Part shown: positions 50,337 through 59,291 of the stretch, in pieces
How the letters are laid out: each line of letters opens with the position of its first letter
How positions within the stretch are numbered: position 1 is the first letter of the stretch
Source of the DNA: Chloroflexota bacterium
GTDB lineage: Bacteria; Chloroflexota; Dehalococcoidia; Lucifugimonadales; UBA3495
Direction: 5' to 3'
NCBI GenBank assembly: GCA_002721995.1
Contig: PBMF01000040.1
Location: 8,382-72,381, forward strand
DNA length: 64,000 nt
Notes under the pieces: generated by a model
The model's database searches: none
What the model was told of the DNA's origin: nothing
Seen by the model: only the letters and a program-made list of their open reading frames with translations
Program-made: the position numbers and the translations under genes

Positions 50337-51961
50337 TCACCGTCTTCACCGCACGGCGGGTCCGGACCATGGATCAGTCGCTACCCGAGGCGACGGCCGT
50401 GGCGGTGCGGGACGGGCGCATCGTCGAGGTCGGCACGCTCGAGACCCTCCAGCCGTGGCTGACCCGCCACGAGCACGTCGTCGACGACCGTTTCGCCGAC
50501 GACGTGCTCCTGCCGGGCCTGATCGACCCGCACATGCACCCCGGGCTCATCGCCCTGCTCCTGGCCTGTGAGTGGGTCACCCCCGAGGCCTGGGACCTCC
50601 CCGGCCGGCAGGTGCCGGCGACGCATGGGCGAGACGCGTTTCTCGCCAGGCTCGGTGAGCTCGAAGCCGCCCAACCCGCCGGTGAGCCCCTCGTCGTGTT
50701 CGGGTTCCACGCCCAGTTCCACGAGGAGGTCTGGCGAGCCGACCTCGACGCCATCTCCACCGGGCGCCCGATCGTGCTCTGGCAGCGGTCGTTCCATGAA
50801 CTGCGGTGCAACACCCCCGCCCTCGAGTGGCTGTACGCCTCCGAGGCGGCCGCCTGGGACCCCTACATCGACCTCGAGTCCGGCCGCATGTGGGAATCGG
50901 GCATGGCGTTCGGCCTCCGCGCCCTCAGCCCCCACCTGGTCGGTGGCGAGAAGCTCGGTGGCCGCCTCGCCGAGGTGGTCGGGATGGTCCACCGGGGTGG
51001 CGTCACCACGATCGGCGACCCCGGCTACGGCGTGCTCGACCTGGACCACTACCTCGAGACGCTGCTCAGCGTGCACGAGGGTTCCGACGTGCCGTTCCGC
51101 CAGTACCTGATCCCGGCCATCGGCCGCTACCGCATGGCGTACGGACCCGGCTTCGCCGACACGCTGGCCGACCACGAGTCGCGGGGCACGGACCGGATCC
51201 GGTTCCTGCACGCCGGCAAGTTCTTCGCCGACGGGGCGTTTATCGCCCAACTCATGCAGGTCGGCCCGCCCGGTTACATCGACGGCCACGAGGGGGCCTG
51301 GATGGCGAACCCCGACCGGATCGCCGACCACCTCCGACCCTCCTGGGAGGAGGGGCGCCGCATCGACGTCCACGTCAACGGCGACCGCGGCCTCGATGCG
51401 GCCCTGGACGCCATCGACATGCTCCTGCACGAGACGCCCCGCTTCGACCACCGCACCGTCATCCACCACTTCGGGGTCTCGACCCAGGCCCAGGTGCGAC
51501 GCATGGCGGCGCTGGGCGTCTCGGCGCAGGCCAACGGCTACTACCTGCGGTTCTTCGGCGACGCCTTCGTGGATCGCTGGCTGGGCCACGAGCGGGCTTC
51601 CCAGATGACCCGCGTGGGATCGGCCCGACGACACGGCATCAGCGTGGCCCTCCACTCCGACCTGCCGATGGGGCCCCTGCAGCCGCTGTTGGCGGCGTCG
51701 ATCATGGCGACCCGGACGTCGATGTCGGGTGAGGTGCTCGCCCCCGAGGAGCGGCTGTCGCCGGAGGACGCCCTGGGCGCCGTCACCATCGAGGCCGCCT
51801 GGCAGTTGCGCCTCGACCACGAGGTCGGCTCGCTGGCCGCCGGAAAGCAGGCCGACCTGGTCGCCCTGGCTGACGACCCGCTGGACCTCGACCCCGCCGA
51901 CTGGCCCGACATCCCCATCCGGGCCACCGTCCTCGGCGGCGAGGTGTACACGGTTGGCTGA
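50333..51961 (+). CDS. Amidohydro_3-type metal-dependent amidohydrolase
   Basis: Frame of ORF 49904..51961. GTG 50333 overlaps the tetR TGA (GTGA). VITVFTARRVRTMD...AVAVRDGRIVEVG and LLPGLIDPHMHP (HxH). The C-terminal ADLVALADDPL is typical of PF07969. Confidence 0.8.
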   Translation: MITVFTARRVRTMDQSLPEATAVAVRDGRIVEVGTLETLQPWLTRHEHVVDDRFADDVLLPGLIDPHMHPGLIALLLACEWVTPEAWDLPGRQVPATHGRDAFLARLGELEAAQPAGEPLVVFGFHAQFHEEVWRADLDAISTGRPIVLWQRSFHELRCNTPALEWLYASEAAAWDPYIDLESGRMWESGMAFGLRALSPHLVGGEKLGGRLAEVVGMVHRGGVTTIGDPGYGVLDLDHYLETLLSVHEGSDVPFRQYLIPAIGRYRMAYGPGFADTLADHESRGTDRIRFLHAGKFFADGAFIAQLMQVGPPGYIDGHEGAWMANPDRIADHLRPSWEEGRRIDVHVNGDRGLDAALDAIDMLLHETPRFDHRTVIHHFGVSTQAQVRRMAALGVSAQANGYYLRFFGDAFVDRWLGHERASQMTRVGSARRHGISVALHSDLPMGPLQPLLAASIMATRTSMSGEVLAPEERLSPEDALGAVTIEAAWQLRLDHEVGSLAAGKQADLVALADDPLDLDPADWPDIPIRATVLGGEVYTVG

Positions 51962-51980
51962 GTCGCCCGCGGCCCCCGAC

Positions 51981-52910
51981 ATGCGCATCCCGATGCTGGT
52001 CCTGGGCGGCTGGCTGGGGTCCGGCAAGACCACGCTGGTCAACCGGCTGCTGGCCGAGGCGCCCGGCGACGAGCGCATCGTCGTGCTGGTCAACGACATC
52101 GGCGAAGTCGACGTGGACGCGGCGCTCATCGCCTCCCGGACGGGCGACACCGTCGAACTGACGAACGGTTGCGCCTGCTGCACGATCGGCGGCTCGCTGG
52201 GGCTCGCCCTGCGCGACCAGGTGGTTGGCCCGAACCCACCCGACCGCCTCGTCGTCGAGGCCAGCGGCGTCGCCGAGCCCGACCGCGTCGCCGCCTACGG
52301 CGACAGGCGCCGGATCCGCCCCGACGGCGTCGTCGTGTGCGTCGACGCGTGCGAGACACCGTCGCGCGCCGACGACATCCGGTGCGGGGAGTTGTTCCGA
52401 CGGCAGGTGGCGGCGGCCGACCTGCTGGTCGTGACCAAGGCGGACCTGCTGGTCGGGGACGGCGACGGAGGCGATGCCGCGCGCAGGTGGCTGGCCGACA
52501 AGGCGACGGCCCCGGTCATGACCGCCTCGCCGGCCACCGGCTGGGTGGCCTCGCTGCTGTGTGGCGCGGGTGGCGCCGAGGAGCCGGACCGCCAGATTCC
52601 TGTTGGCCCGCTCGACTTCCCCGTCCGGACGGCCACCTGGACCAGCCCGACGTCCCGTGCCGCCGACGTGGCGGCCGTGCTCGGGCAGGCCGCCGGGGAC
52701 CGCGGCCTGCTCCGGGCCAAGGGCATCTTCGCCGACGGCGTGGTGCACCTGGCCGCAGGCCGGGCCGCCGTCGACGAACGAATCCCCGGCAGCGCCGCAC
52801 CCGGCCACCTCGTGCTGATCGGCCTCCCGGACTGGGAGCCCGGTGCGCTGCTCGCACAACTCGACGAGATCCCGAACCAGGAACCCGCCCGATGCGCACC
52901 CCCGAACTGA
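51981..52910 (+). CDS. CobW/COG0523-family G3E GTPase (putative metallochaperone)
   Basis: ATG 51981 gives MRIPMLVLGGWLGSGKTTLVNRLL (P-loop). CXCC motif as NGCACCT. About 309 aa, with no His-rich tail. Confidence 0.85.
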   Translation: MRIPMLVLGGWLGSGKTTLVNRLLAEAPGDERIVVLVNDIGEVDVDAALIASRTGDTVELTNGCACCTIGGSLGLALRDQVVGPNPPDRLVVEASGVAEPDRVAAYGDRRRIRPDGVVVCVDACETPSRADDIRCGELFRRQVAAADLLVVTKADLLVGDGDGGDAARRWLADKATAPVMTASPATGWVASLLCGAGGAEEPDRQIPVGPLDFPVRTATWTSPTSRAADVAAVLGQAAGDRGLLRAKGIFADGVVHLAAGRAAVDERIPGSAAPGHLVLIGLPDWEPGALLAQLDEIPNQEPARCAPPN

Positions 52911-54187
52911 TCGTCCAGCAGTCCGACCCCGAGACCGGCCGCGGCCGCCCGGTTCGCGTCGATGCGCTGCCGGAGCCCACGACCGCCGCCGAGGCGGGCC
53001 TCATGGTGGGATGTCCTCCGGCGCCGCACCTCCGGGTGAGCCGCCAGAACTGGATGGCCTACCCGCAGTCGCTCTGGTCGTTTCGGCACATGGAGGAGCT
53101 CGGCCCGGCGGCGAGGATTGACCGGGGCAGCGGACCCGTCGACGAGTTCGTCCGGGGCGAGGACACGCTCGGCCTCGCCGACCTGAACTTGGAGGGGGAT
53201 TCCGGAGGGAACTGGGACCTCGCCGAGTTCCTGCGCCGAACCTACACCGACGCCCTGCTTGTCGCCCACCGGGGCCGTCTGGTGCACGAGTGGTACGCCG
53301 ACGGCATGGGGCCGACCACCCGGCACGCCATGTTCTCGACGACTAAGACCTTCAGCGGGCTGGTCGCCCTGCTGGCGATCCACGACGGCGAACTCGCGCT
53401 CGACGACCTCCTGGTCGACCACGTCCCGGAGCTGGCCGGCACCGGCTGGGAGCCGGTCACCGTCGAGCAGGCCCTCGACATGACCGACGGCATCAGCTTC
53501 GAGGAGGACTACGGCAGCCGCGACTCGTCGATCATGCGCTACGGGTTCGCCATGGGCTTCACGCCCATGCCGAGCCGGTGGGAGGGGCCGGTCGGCATCC
53601 GCGAGGCGCTGCGTACGTTGGTCGAGCGGTCGACGCCGCCGGGCGAGTCGTTCCTCTACACGTCGGCCACGACGGACGCCCTGGCCTGGGCGGTGGCCAG
53701 GGTCACCGGCCGACGCTGGTCGGAGGAGGTGTCGGCGAGGATCTGGCAGCCGTTGGGGGCGGCGTGCGACGCCGGGATCTCGATCGACCCCACCGGCCTC
53801 GAGATCGCCTCGGGCGGCATGTTCGCCACGGCCCCCGACCTGCTGCGCTTCGGAATGATGCTGGCACGGGGCGGGACCAACGGCGCCGGCGAGCAGGTCC
53901 TCCCGGGAGCGGTGGTGAGCGACCTCGTCGAGGGCGGTGAGCCCGACCCGGACGGCTGCGGCGGCTACGCCACCCGGGCCGGCTGGAGCTTCCACCGCCA
54001 GTGCTGGAACCAGTACCGGTCCTGGGGGTCGCTCATCCCGATGGGCGTCCACGGCCAGCGGCTCTTCATCCATCCCGGGGCCGAGCTGGTCGTGATGAAG
54101 TTCGGCTGCCACCCGGTCACCGGCAACGTCTTCACCGACGAGGTCCACCAGCGCTTCTACGAGGAGCTGCTCTCCCGAGCGGGCTAG
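52892..54187 (+). CDS. Serine hydrolase of the beta-lactamase/transpeptidase-like family
   Basis: ATG 52892 (MRTPELIV) overlaps the cobW-like 3' end by 19 nt. SxxK as FSTTKTF. About 431 aa. Confidence 0.8.
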   Translation: MRTPELIVQQSDPETGRGRPVRVDALPEPTTAAEAGLMVGCPPAPHLRVSRQNWMAYPQSLWSFRHMEELGPAARIDRGSGPVDEFVRGEDTLGLADLNLEGDSGGNWDLAEFLRRTYTDALLVAHRGRLVHEWYADGMGPTTRHAMFSTTKTFSGLVALLAIHDGELALDDLLVDHVPELAGTGWEPVTVEQALDMTDGISFEEDYGSRDSSIMRYGFAMGFTPMPSRWEGPVGIREALRTLVERSTPPGESFLYTSATTDALAWAVARVTGRRWSEEVSARIWQPLGAACDAGISIDPTGLEIASGGMFATAPDLLRFGMMLARGGTNGAGEQVLPGAVVSDLVEGGEPDPDGCGGYATRAGWSFHRQCWNQYRSWGSLIPMGVHGQRLFIHPGAELVVMKFGCHPVTGNVFTDEVHQRFYEELLSRAG

Positions 54188-54245
54188 CCCCTGCCACCTG
54201 ACATGGGGACGGGCCTCATGTCACGTGCCTGGAGCCTGCCCGCGC

Positions 54246-55082
54246 CTATCCACCCCGGCCGGTGCCCTTCGATGCGCGCACGCGCTCGAGGTAGGCCTCA
54301 CGAGCGGCCCGGCCCTCGTCGTCGCGGAGCCCGGCGGCCAGTCCCTCGGCGTCGCCCCAGGAGCGGGACAGGCCGACCATCTGGCTGGTCACGGCGTTGG
54401 TGTGGGCCTTGGTCGCCAGCACGGCGAAGCGGGGTCGTGCCGCCACGGCCTCGGCCAGCTCGTCGACGGCAGCGTCGAGTTCGGCGACCGGCACCACCCG
54501 GTTGAGGAAGCCCGCCGCCTGTGCCTCGGCGGCGCCGAACGGCCGGCACGTCATCACGAGTTCCTTGGTGAGCGCCGGGCCGATCTCGCGCACCAGGCGG
54601 GGGATGCCGCCCCACGCCAGGGGGATGCCGAGGTCCACCTCCGGGATCGAGAACCGGACGTCGTCGGCGGCGACCCGCAGGTCGCAGGCGGCCGCCAGCA
54701 CGAGCCCGCCGCCGACCACGTGTCCGTGGAGGCGGGCGATGGCGACCGGTGCCATCCGCTCGAGGGCGTCGGCCATGAGCCGCCCCGTGTCGCCGGGGAC
54801 GCGGCCGCCTGCTGGCGATGGGGTGTCGCCCGTGGCAGGCAGGAACGCGCTCAGGTCGGCGCCGGCGGAGAAGGCCCGGCCGGCGCCGGAGACCACGACC
54901 ACCCGCACGTCGGGTTGGTGGTCGAACCAGCCGCAGGCGGCGATCACCTCGGCCATGACCTCGTTGGACAGGGCGTTGAGCGCCTCCGGCCGGTTCAGCG
55001 TGAGCGTGCCGCGGGGTCCGTCGGCGCTGACCAGCAGGTGCGCGAAGTCGGGGGGAGGTGAGGCGTGCGCGGTGGTTCCCAT
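54246..55082 (-). CDS. Enoyl-CoA hydratase/isomerase family protein
   Basis: ATG 55082 gives MGTTAHASPPPDFAHLLVSADGPRGTLTLNRPEALNAL...GAGRAFSAGADL. Confidence 0.85.
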   Translation of the reverse strand: MGTTAHASPPPDFAHLLVSADGPRGTLTLNRPEALNALSNEVMAEVIAACGWFDHQPDVRVVVVSGAGRAFSAGADLSAFLPATGDTPSPAGGRVPGDTGRLMADALERMAPVAIARLHGHVVGGGLVLAAACDLRVAADDVRFSIPEVDLGIPLAWGGIPRLVREIGPALTKELVMTCRPFGAAEAQAAGFLNRVVPVAELDAAVDELAEAVAARPRFAVLATKAHTNAVTSQMVGLSRSWGDAEGLAAGLRDDEGRAAREAYLERVRASKGTGRGG

Positions 55083-55117
55083 GGGCGCGAGTCTCGCCCG
55101 AGAACGCGGCTCGCCCG

Positions 55118-57787
55118 CTACCCGGCGGCGGGTGGGGGTTCCTCGAGTTCGACTCGGGCGGACAGGCCCGCACCCTCGTCGCCGGCAACGAGTTCGATGT
55201 GTTCCGCCCGGGCGGCGGCGGCGACGTCGCCGAGTGCGGCGCGCAGGTGCCCGATCCGGTCGGCGGGGCACGTCAGCGTGCAGGCCACGACGGGCGTGGC
55301 CAGTGAGCGCTTCTCGGCGGTCTTGTGGCGACGGATCTCGGCCAGCGCCTCGGCGGCCACGCCGGCCACCCCGGGGTCGCCGGCATCGCCGTCGTGGACG
55401 GCCGCGGCGCGGAGCTCGTCTGCGTCGGGCCAGGTGGCCCGGTGCACCGAGCCGGCCTGCCACCAGGACCAGACCTCCTCGGTGACGAACGGCAGGAACG
55501 GGGCGAACAGTCGCAGCAGCGTCGAGACCGCCAGGCGCAGTGCGTGGCGGGCCGACTCGGCGTCGGCCGGATCGCCCTCATAGGCCCGGGCCTTGACCAG
55601 TTCGACGTGGTCGTCGGTGAACGTCCAGAACCAGGATTCGGTTCGCTCGAGGGCCCGGGCGTAGTCGAAGGCCTCGAAGGCGTCGGTGGCCTCGTCGACC
55701 AGCCGGGCGAGCCGGAATAGCATCGCCCGGTCGAGCGGATGCGTGATGTGGGACAAGTCGATGTCGAGGGGAAGCGGGTCGCCGTCGGGGGAGTTGCCGA
55801 CGCCCAGGGCGAAGCGGCTGGCGTTGAGCAACTTGATGGCGAGGCGTCGGCCGATCTTCATCTGGCCGTCGTCGAAGGCGGTGTCGGTGCCGGGCCGGCC
55901 GTTGGCCGCCCAGTAGCGGACGGCGTCGGAGCCGTACTGCTCGAGCAGGCCCATCGGAGTGACGACGTTGCCCTTGGACTTGGACATCTTCTTGCGGTCG
56001 GGGTCGAGCACCCATCCGCTGAGTGCGGCGTGCCGCCACGGCGCCGAGTCCTCCTCGAAGTGCGAGCGCACGACCGTGGAGAACAGCCACGTCCGGATGA
56101 TGTCGTGGGCCTGGGGCCGCACGTCCATGGGGTAGGTGCGGGCGAACAGGTCCCCGTCCTCGCCCCAGCCGCAGGCGATCTGTGGCGTGAGGGACGAGGT
56201 CGCCCACGTGTCCATGACGTCGGGGTCGCCGGCGAACCCGCCGGGTTGACCGCGCTGCGCCTCGTCGAAGCCGGGAGCGGCGTGGGAGGTCGGGTCGACG
56301 GGGAGGTCGGCCTCGTCGGGCGTGATCGGGTCGTCCCAGACCGGCTCACCGTCCTCGTCCAGCCGGTACCAGAGCGGCAGCGGCACACCGAAGAATCGCT
56401 GCCGGCTTATCAGCCAGTCGCCGTTGAGGCCGTCGATCCAGTTCGTGAACCTGGCCTGCATGTAGGCGGGGTGCCACGCCATCTGGTCGCCGCGGGCGAC
56501 CAGCGCCGCCCCGAGGTCGGCGTCGCGGCCGCCGTTGCGGATGTACCACTGGCGGCTGGTCACGATCTCGAGCGGCTTGTCCCCCTTCTCGAAGAACTTG
56601 ACCGGGTGGGTGATTGCCTCGGGCTCGCCGACCAGGTCGCCGGACTCGCGGAGGATCTCGACCATCTCCTGCTGTGCCGAGAACACGGTCTTGCCGGCCA
56701 GCCGGGCGTAGGCGGCGCGCGCCCCGTCGGATTCGACGCCCGTCGGTGGGTCGTGCTGGAAGCGGCCCTCCCGGTTGACGACCGCCCGGACCGGCAGGTC
56801 GAGTTCGCGCCACCAGGTCACGTCGGTGGTGTCGCCGAACGTGCAGATCATGGCGATGCCGGTGCCCTTCTCGGGGTCCGCCAGGTGGTGGGCCCGGATC
56901 GGCACCTCGACGCCGAACACGGGCGTCGTCACGGTGGTGCCGAACAGCGGCTGGTAGCGCTCGTCGTCCGGGTGGGCCACGAGGGCGACGCAAGAGACCA
57001 CGAGTTCGGGACGGGTAGTGGCGATGAGGAGGTGCGGTTCGCCGAGGTGCGAGGTGGCGTCGACGGTGAGCCCGAACTTCAGTTGGTGGTACGCACCGGG
57101 GCGTTCGCGGTCCTCGAGTTCGGCCTGGGCGACGGCGGTGCGGAAGGTGACGTCCCAGAGTGACGGGGCCTCGACCTGGTAGGCCTCGCCCCGCTCGAGG
57201 TTCCGCAGGAACGCCCGCTGGGCGACCCGCTGGCAGCGGTCGTCGATCGTGGCGTAGGTCTGGGTCCAGTCGATGGACAGGCCCAGGTGCCTCCACAGGG
57301 CCTCGAAGGCCTTCTCGTCCTCGAGCGTCAACTCGTGGCAGAGGGCGATGAAGTTGCGGCGGCTGATGTCGAGGTCGCCACGCTTCTTGATGGCCTTGGG
57401 GTCGCCCGCGTCTGCGGGCGCCTCGAAGTCGGGGTCGTAGGGCAGGCTCGGGTCGCAGCGCACCCCGTAGTAGTTCTGGACCCGGCGTTCGGTGGGTAGG
57501 CCGTTGTCGTCCCACCCCATCGGGTAGAAGACCTCCTTGCCGGCCATGCGCTGGTAGCGGGCGACGGTGTCGGTGTGGGTGTACGAGAACACGTGCCCGA
57601 CGTGGAGCGAGCCGCTCACCGTCGGGGGCGGCGTGTCGATCGAGAACACCTCGTCGCGGGGCTTCGTCCGGTCGAACCGGAACGTGTCGGCCTCCTCCCA
57701 GGCGGCGTCCCAGCGCGTCTCGAGCCCCTCGAGCGAGGGCTTGTCGGGAATGCGCGGGGCGGGGAGGGGTCCTGGTTCGGAGAGCAT
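55118..57787 (-). CDS. valS: Valine--tRNA ligase
   Basis: 889-aa ORF. HIGH-region SGSLHVGHVFSY and KMSKS (KKMSKSKGN). Size and N-terminal layout match the actinobacterial-type ValRS. Confidence 0.88.
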   Translation of the reverse strand: MLSEPGPLPAPRIPDKPSLEGLETRWDAAWEEADTFRFDRTKPRDEVFSIDTPPPTVSGSLHVGHVFSYTHTDTVARYQRMAGKEVFYPMGWDDNGLPTERRVQNYYGVRCDPSLPYDPDFEAPADAGDPKAIKKRGDLDISRRNFIALCHELTLEDEKAFEALWRHLGLSIDWTQTYATIDDRCQRVAQRAFLRNLERGEAYQVEAPSLWDVTFRTAVAQAELEDRERPGAYHQLKFGLTVDATSHLGEPHLLIATTRPELVVSCVALVAHPDDERYQPLFGTTVTTPVFGVEVPIRAHHLADPEKGTGIAMICTFGDTTDVTWWRELDLPVRAVVNREGRFQHDPPTGVESDGARAAYARLAGKTVFSAQQEMVEILRESGDLVGEPEAITHPVKFFEKGDKPLEIVTSRQWYIRNGGRDADLGAALVARGDQMAWHPAYMQARFTNWIDGLNGDWLISRQRFFGVPLPLWYRLDEDGEPVWDDPITPDEADLPVDPTSHAAPGFDEAQRGQPGGFAGDPDVMDTWATSSLTPQIACGWGEDGDLFARTYPMDVRPQAHDIIRTWLFSTVVRSHFEEDSAPWRHAALSGWVLDPDRKKMSKSKGNVVTPMGLLEQYGSDAVRYWAANGRPGTDTAFDDGQMKIGRRLAIKLLNASRFALGVGNSPDGDPLPLDIDLSHITHPLDRAMLFRLARLVDEATDAFEAFDYARALERTESWFWTFTDDHVELVKARAYEGDPADAESARHALRLAVSTLLRLFAPFLPFVTEEVWSWWQAGSVHRATWPDADELRAAAVHDGDAGDPGVAGVAAEALAEIRRHKTAEKRSLATPVVACTLTCPADRIGHLRAALGDVAAAARAEHIELVAGDEGAGLSARVELEEPPPAAG

Positions 57788-57843
57788 CGCCAGCCGAGGT
57801 TACCCGTGCGAGGTCGAGGCTGGCCCTGCCGTAGGTTTGGGGA

Positions 57844-59205
57844 ATGGACGCTGCCACGGGCCAGACCCTCGAGTTGCTCCAGGTGCTGATCCGGAACGCC
57901 TGCGTCAACGACGGCACACCCGAGTCCGGCCAGGAGGTCCGCAACGCGGACACCCTCGAGGGGTTCTTGTCCGAGGCTCGGCGGCCCGGCCTCCGGGGCA
58001 CGGGCTACGACCTCGAGCGGTTCGAGCCCTCACCGGGCCGGGTGTCGTTGGTGGCCAAGATCGAGGGTTCCGACCCGGAGGCGCCGTCGCTGTGCCTGAT
58101 GGGCCACACCGACGTGGTGCCGGTCAACCCGGAAGGTTGGACCCGCGACCCGTTCGGTGGCGAGCTCGTGGACGGCGAGGTGTGGGGCCGTGGCGCCGTC
58201 GACATGTTGAACCTGACGGCGGCGCAGGCGGTGGCGTTCCGGCGCCTCGCCGAGTCCGGCTTCACCCCGCGGGGCGACCTGGTCTTCTTCGCCGTCGCCG
58301 ACGAGGAGCACGGCAGCCTCCACGGCGCCCACTGGATGGCCGAAAACGAGATCGACGCCATCCGGGCCGACTACGTGCTGACCGAGAACGGCGGGCTCCA
58401 CACCGGTCCGCCCGGTGCGCCGGCGGTCGCCATGAACGTGGGCGAGAAGGGCATCGCCTGGCGACGCCTGACGGTTCGGGGCACGCCGGGGCACGGGTCG
58501 ATGCCGTTCCGAAAGGACAACGCCCTCGTCAAGGCGGCGGCGGTGGCCCAGCGGATCGCCGACTACCGGCCGCCGCCCCGGTTCCACGAGCTCTGGTACT
58601 CGCAGGTCGCCGGCATGGGCCTGCCCGACGAGATGAAGGAGCAGCTCCTGGACCCAGGCCGTATCGACGAGTTCCTCGAGTCGTTTCCGAGCCTCGGGGC
58701 GGCCGGCCACCTGCACGCCTGCACGCACACCACGTTCTCGGTGAACAACGTGGAGATGGACGGCAAGACCAACGTGATCCCCGACCGGGTGGTGCTCGAC
58801 GTCGACATCCGGACGCTGCCGGGCGAGGACGACGCCTCGGTGCAGGCGCACCTGGATGCGGCCCTGGGCGACCTGACGGGCGAGGTCGAGGTTTCGCCGG
58901 TCATCACGGGCCCGGCGACCATGAGCCGGATCGACACCCCGTTGTGGGACTCGCTGCAGCGGGCGACGAACCGCCACTTCCCCGACGCCCGGCTGACCGC
59001 CCAGTTCATCGTGGGGGCCACCGACGCCAAGGTGTTTCGGGAACTCGGGGCCGTCGCCTACGGCGCGGGCCTCCTCAGTCCCGACATCAGTTCGGGCGAC
59101 TTCGCCAGCCGCTTCCACGGCAACGACGAGCGCATCGACCTCGAGTCGCTGCGGCTCACGGGTTCGCTCTACGAGGACGTGGCCCGGGACCTGTTGGGAC
59201 GCTGA
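57844..59205 (+). CDS. M20-family metallopeptidase (dipeptidase/deacylase-like)
   Basis: 453-aa ORF with GHTDVVP and ADEE motifs. Divergent from valS across a 56-nt spacer. Confidence 0.85.
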   Translation: MDAATGQTLELLQVLIRNACVNDGTPESGQEVRNADTLEGFLSEARRPGLRGTGYDLERFEPSPGRVSLVAKIEGSDPEAPSLCLMGHTDVVPVNPEGWTRDPFGGELVDGEVWGRGAVDMLNLTAAQAVAFRRLAESGFTPRGDLVFFAVADEEHGSLHGAHWMAENEIDAIRADYVLTENGGLHTGPPGAPAVAMNVGEKGIAWRRLTVRGTPGHGSMPFRKDNALVKAAAVAQRIADYRPPPRFHELWYSQVAGMGLPDEMKEQLLDPGRIDEFLESFPSLGAAGHLHACTHTTFSVNNVEMDGKTNVIPDRVVLDVDIRTLPGEDDASVQAHLDAALGDLTGEVEVSPVITGPATMSRIDTPLWDSLQRATNRHFPDARLTAQFIVGATDAKVFRELGAVAYGAGLLSPDISSGDFASRFHGNDERIDLESLRLTGSLYEDVARDLLGR

Positions 59206-59291
59206 GGGGGACCGGCCGACTCCGCCATTGTTGTTACCCTCCGGTAACCTCCGGTCCGTAACCGCAGCACACGACGCGCGAGGCTCCCCCC

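Noticed and set aside
52169-54187. 672-aa ORF suggesting a large N-terminally extended serine hydrolase
   Set aside because: The first 240 aa are Arg-rich nonsense overlapping the cobW-like gene in another frame. ATG 52892 gives a normal-sized beta-lactamase-fold protein.
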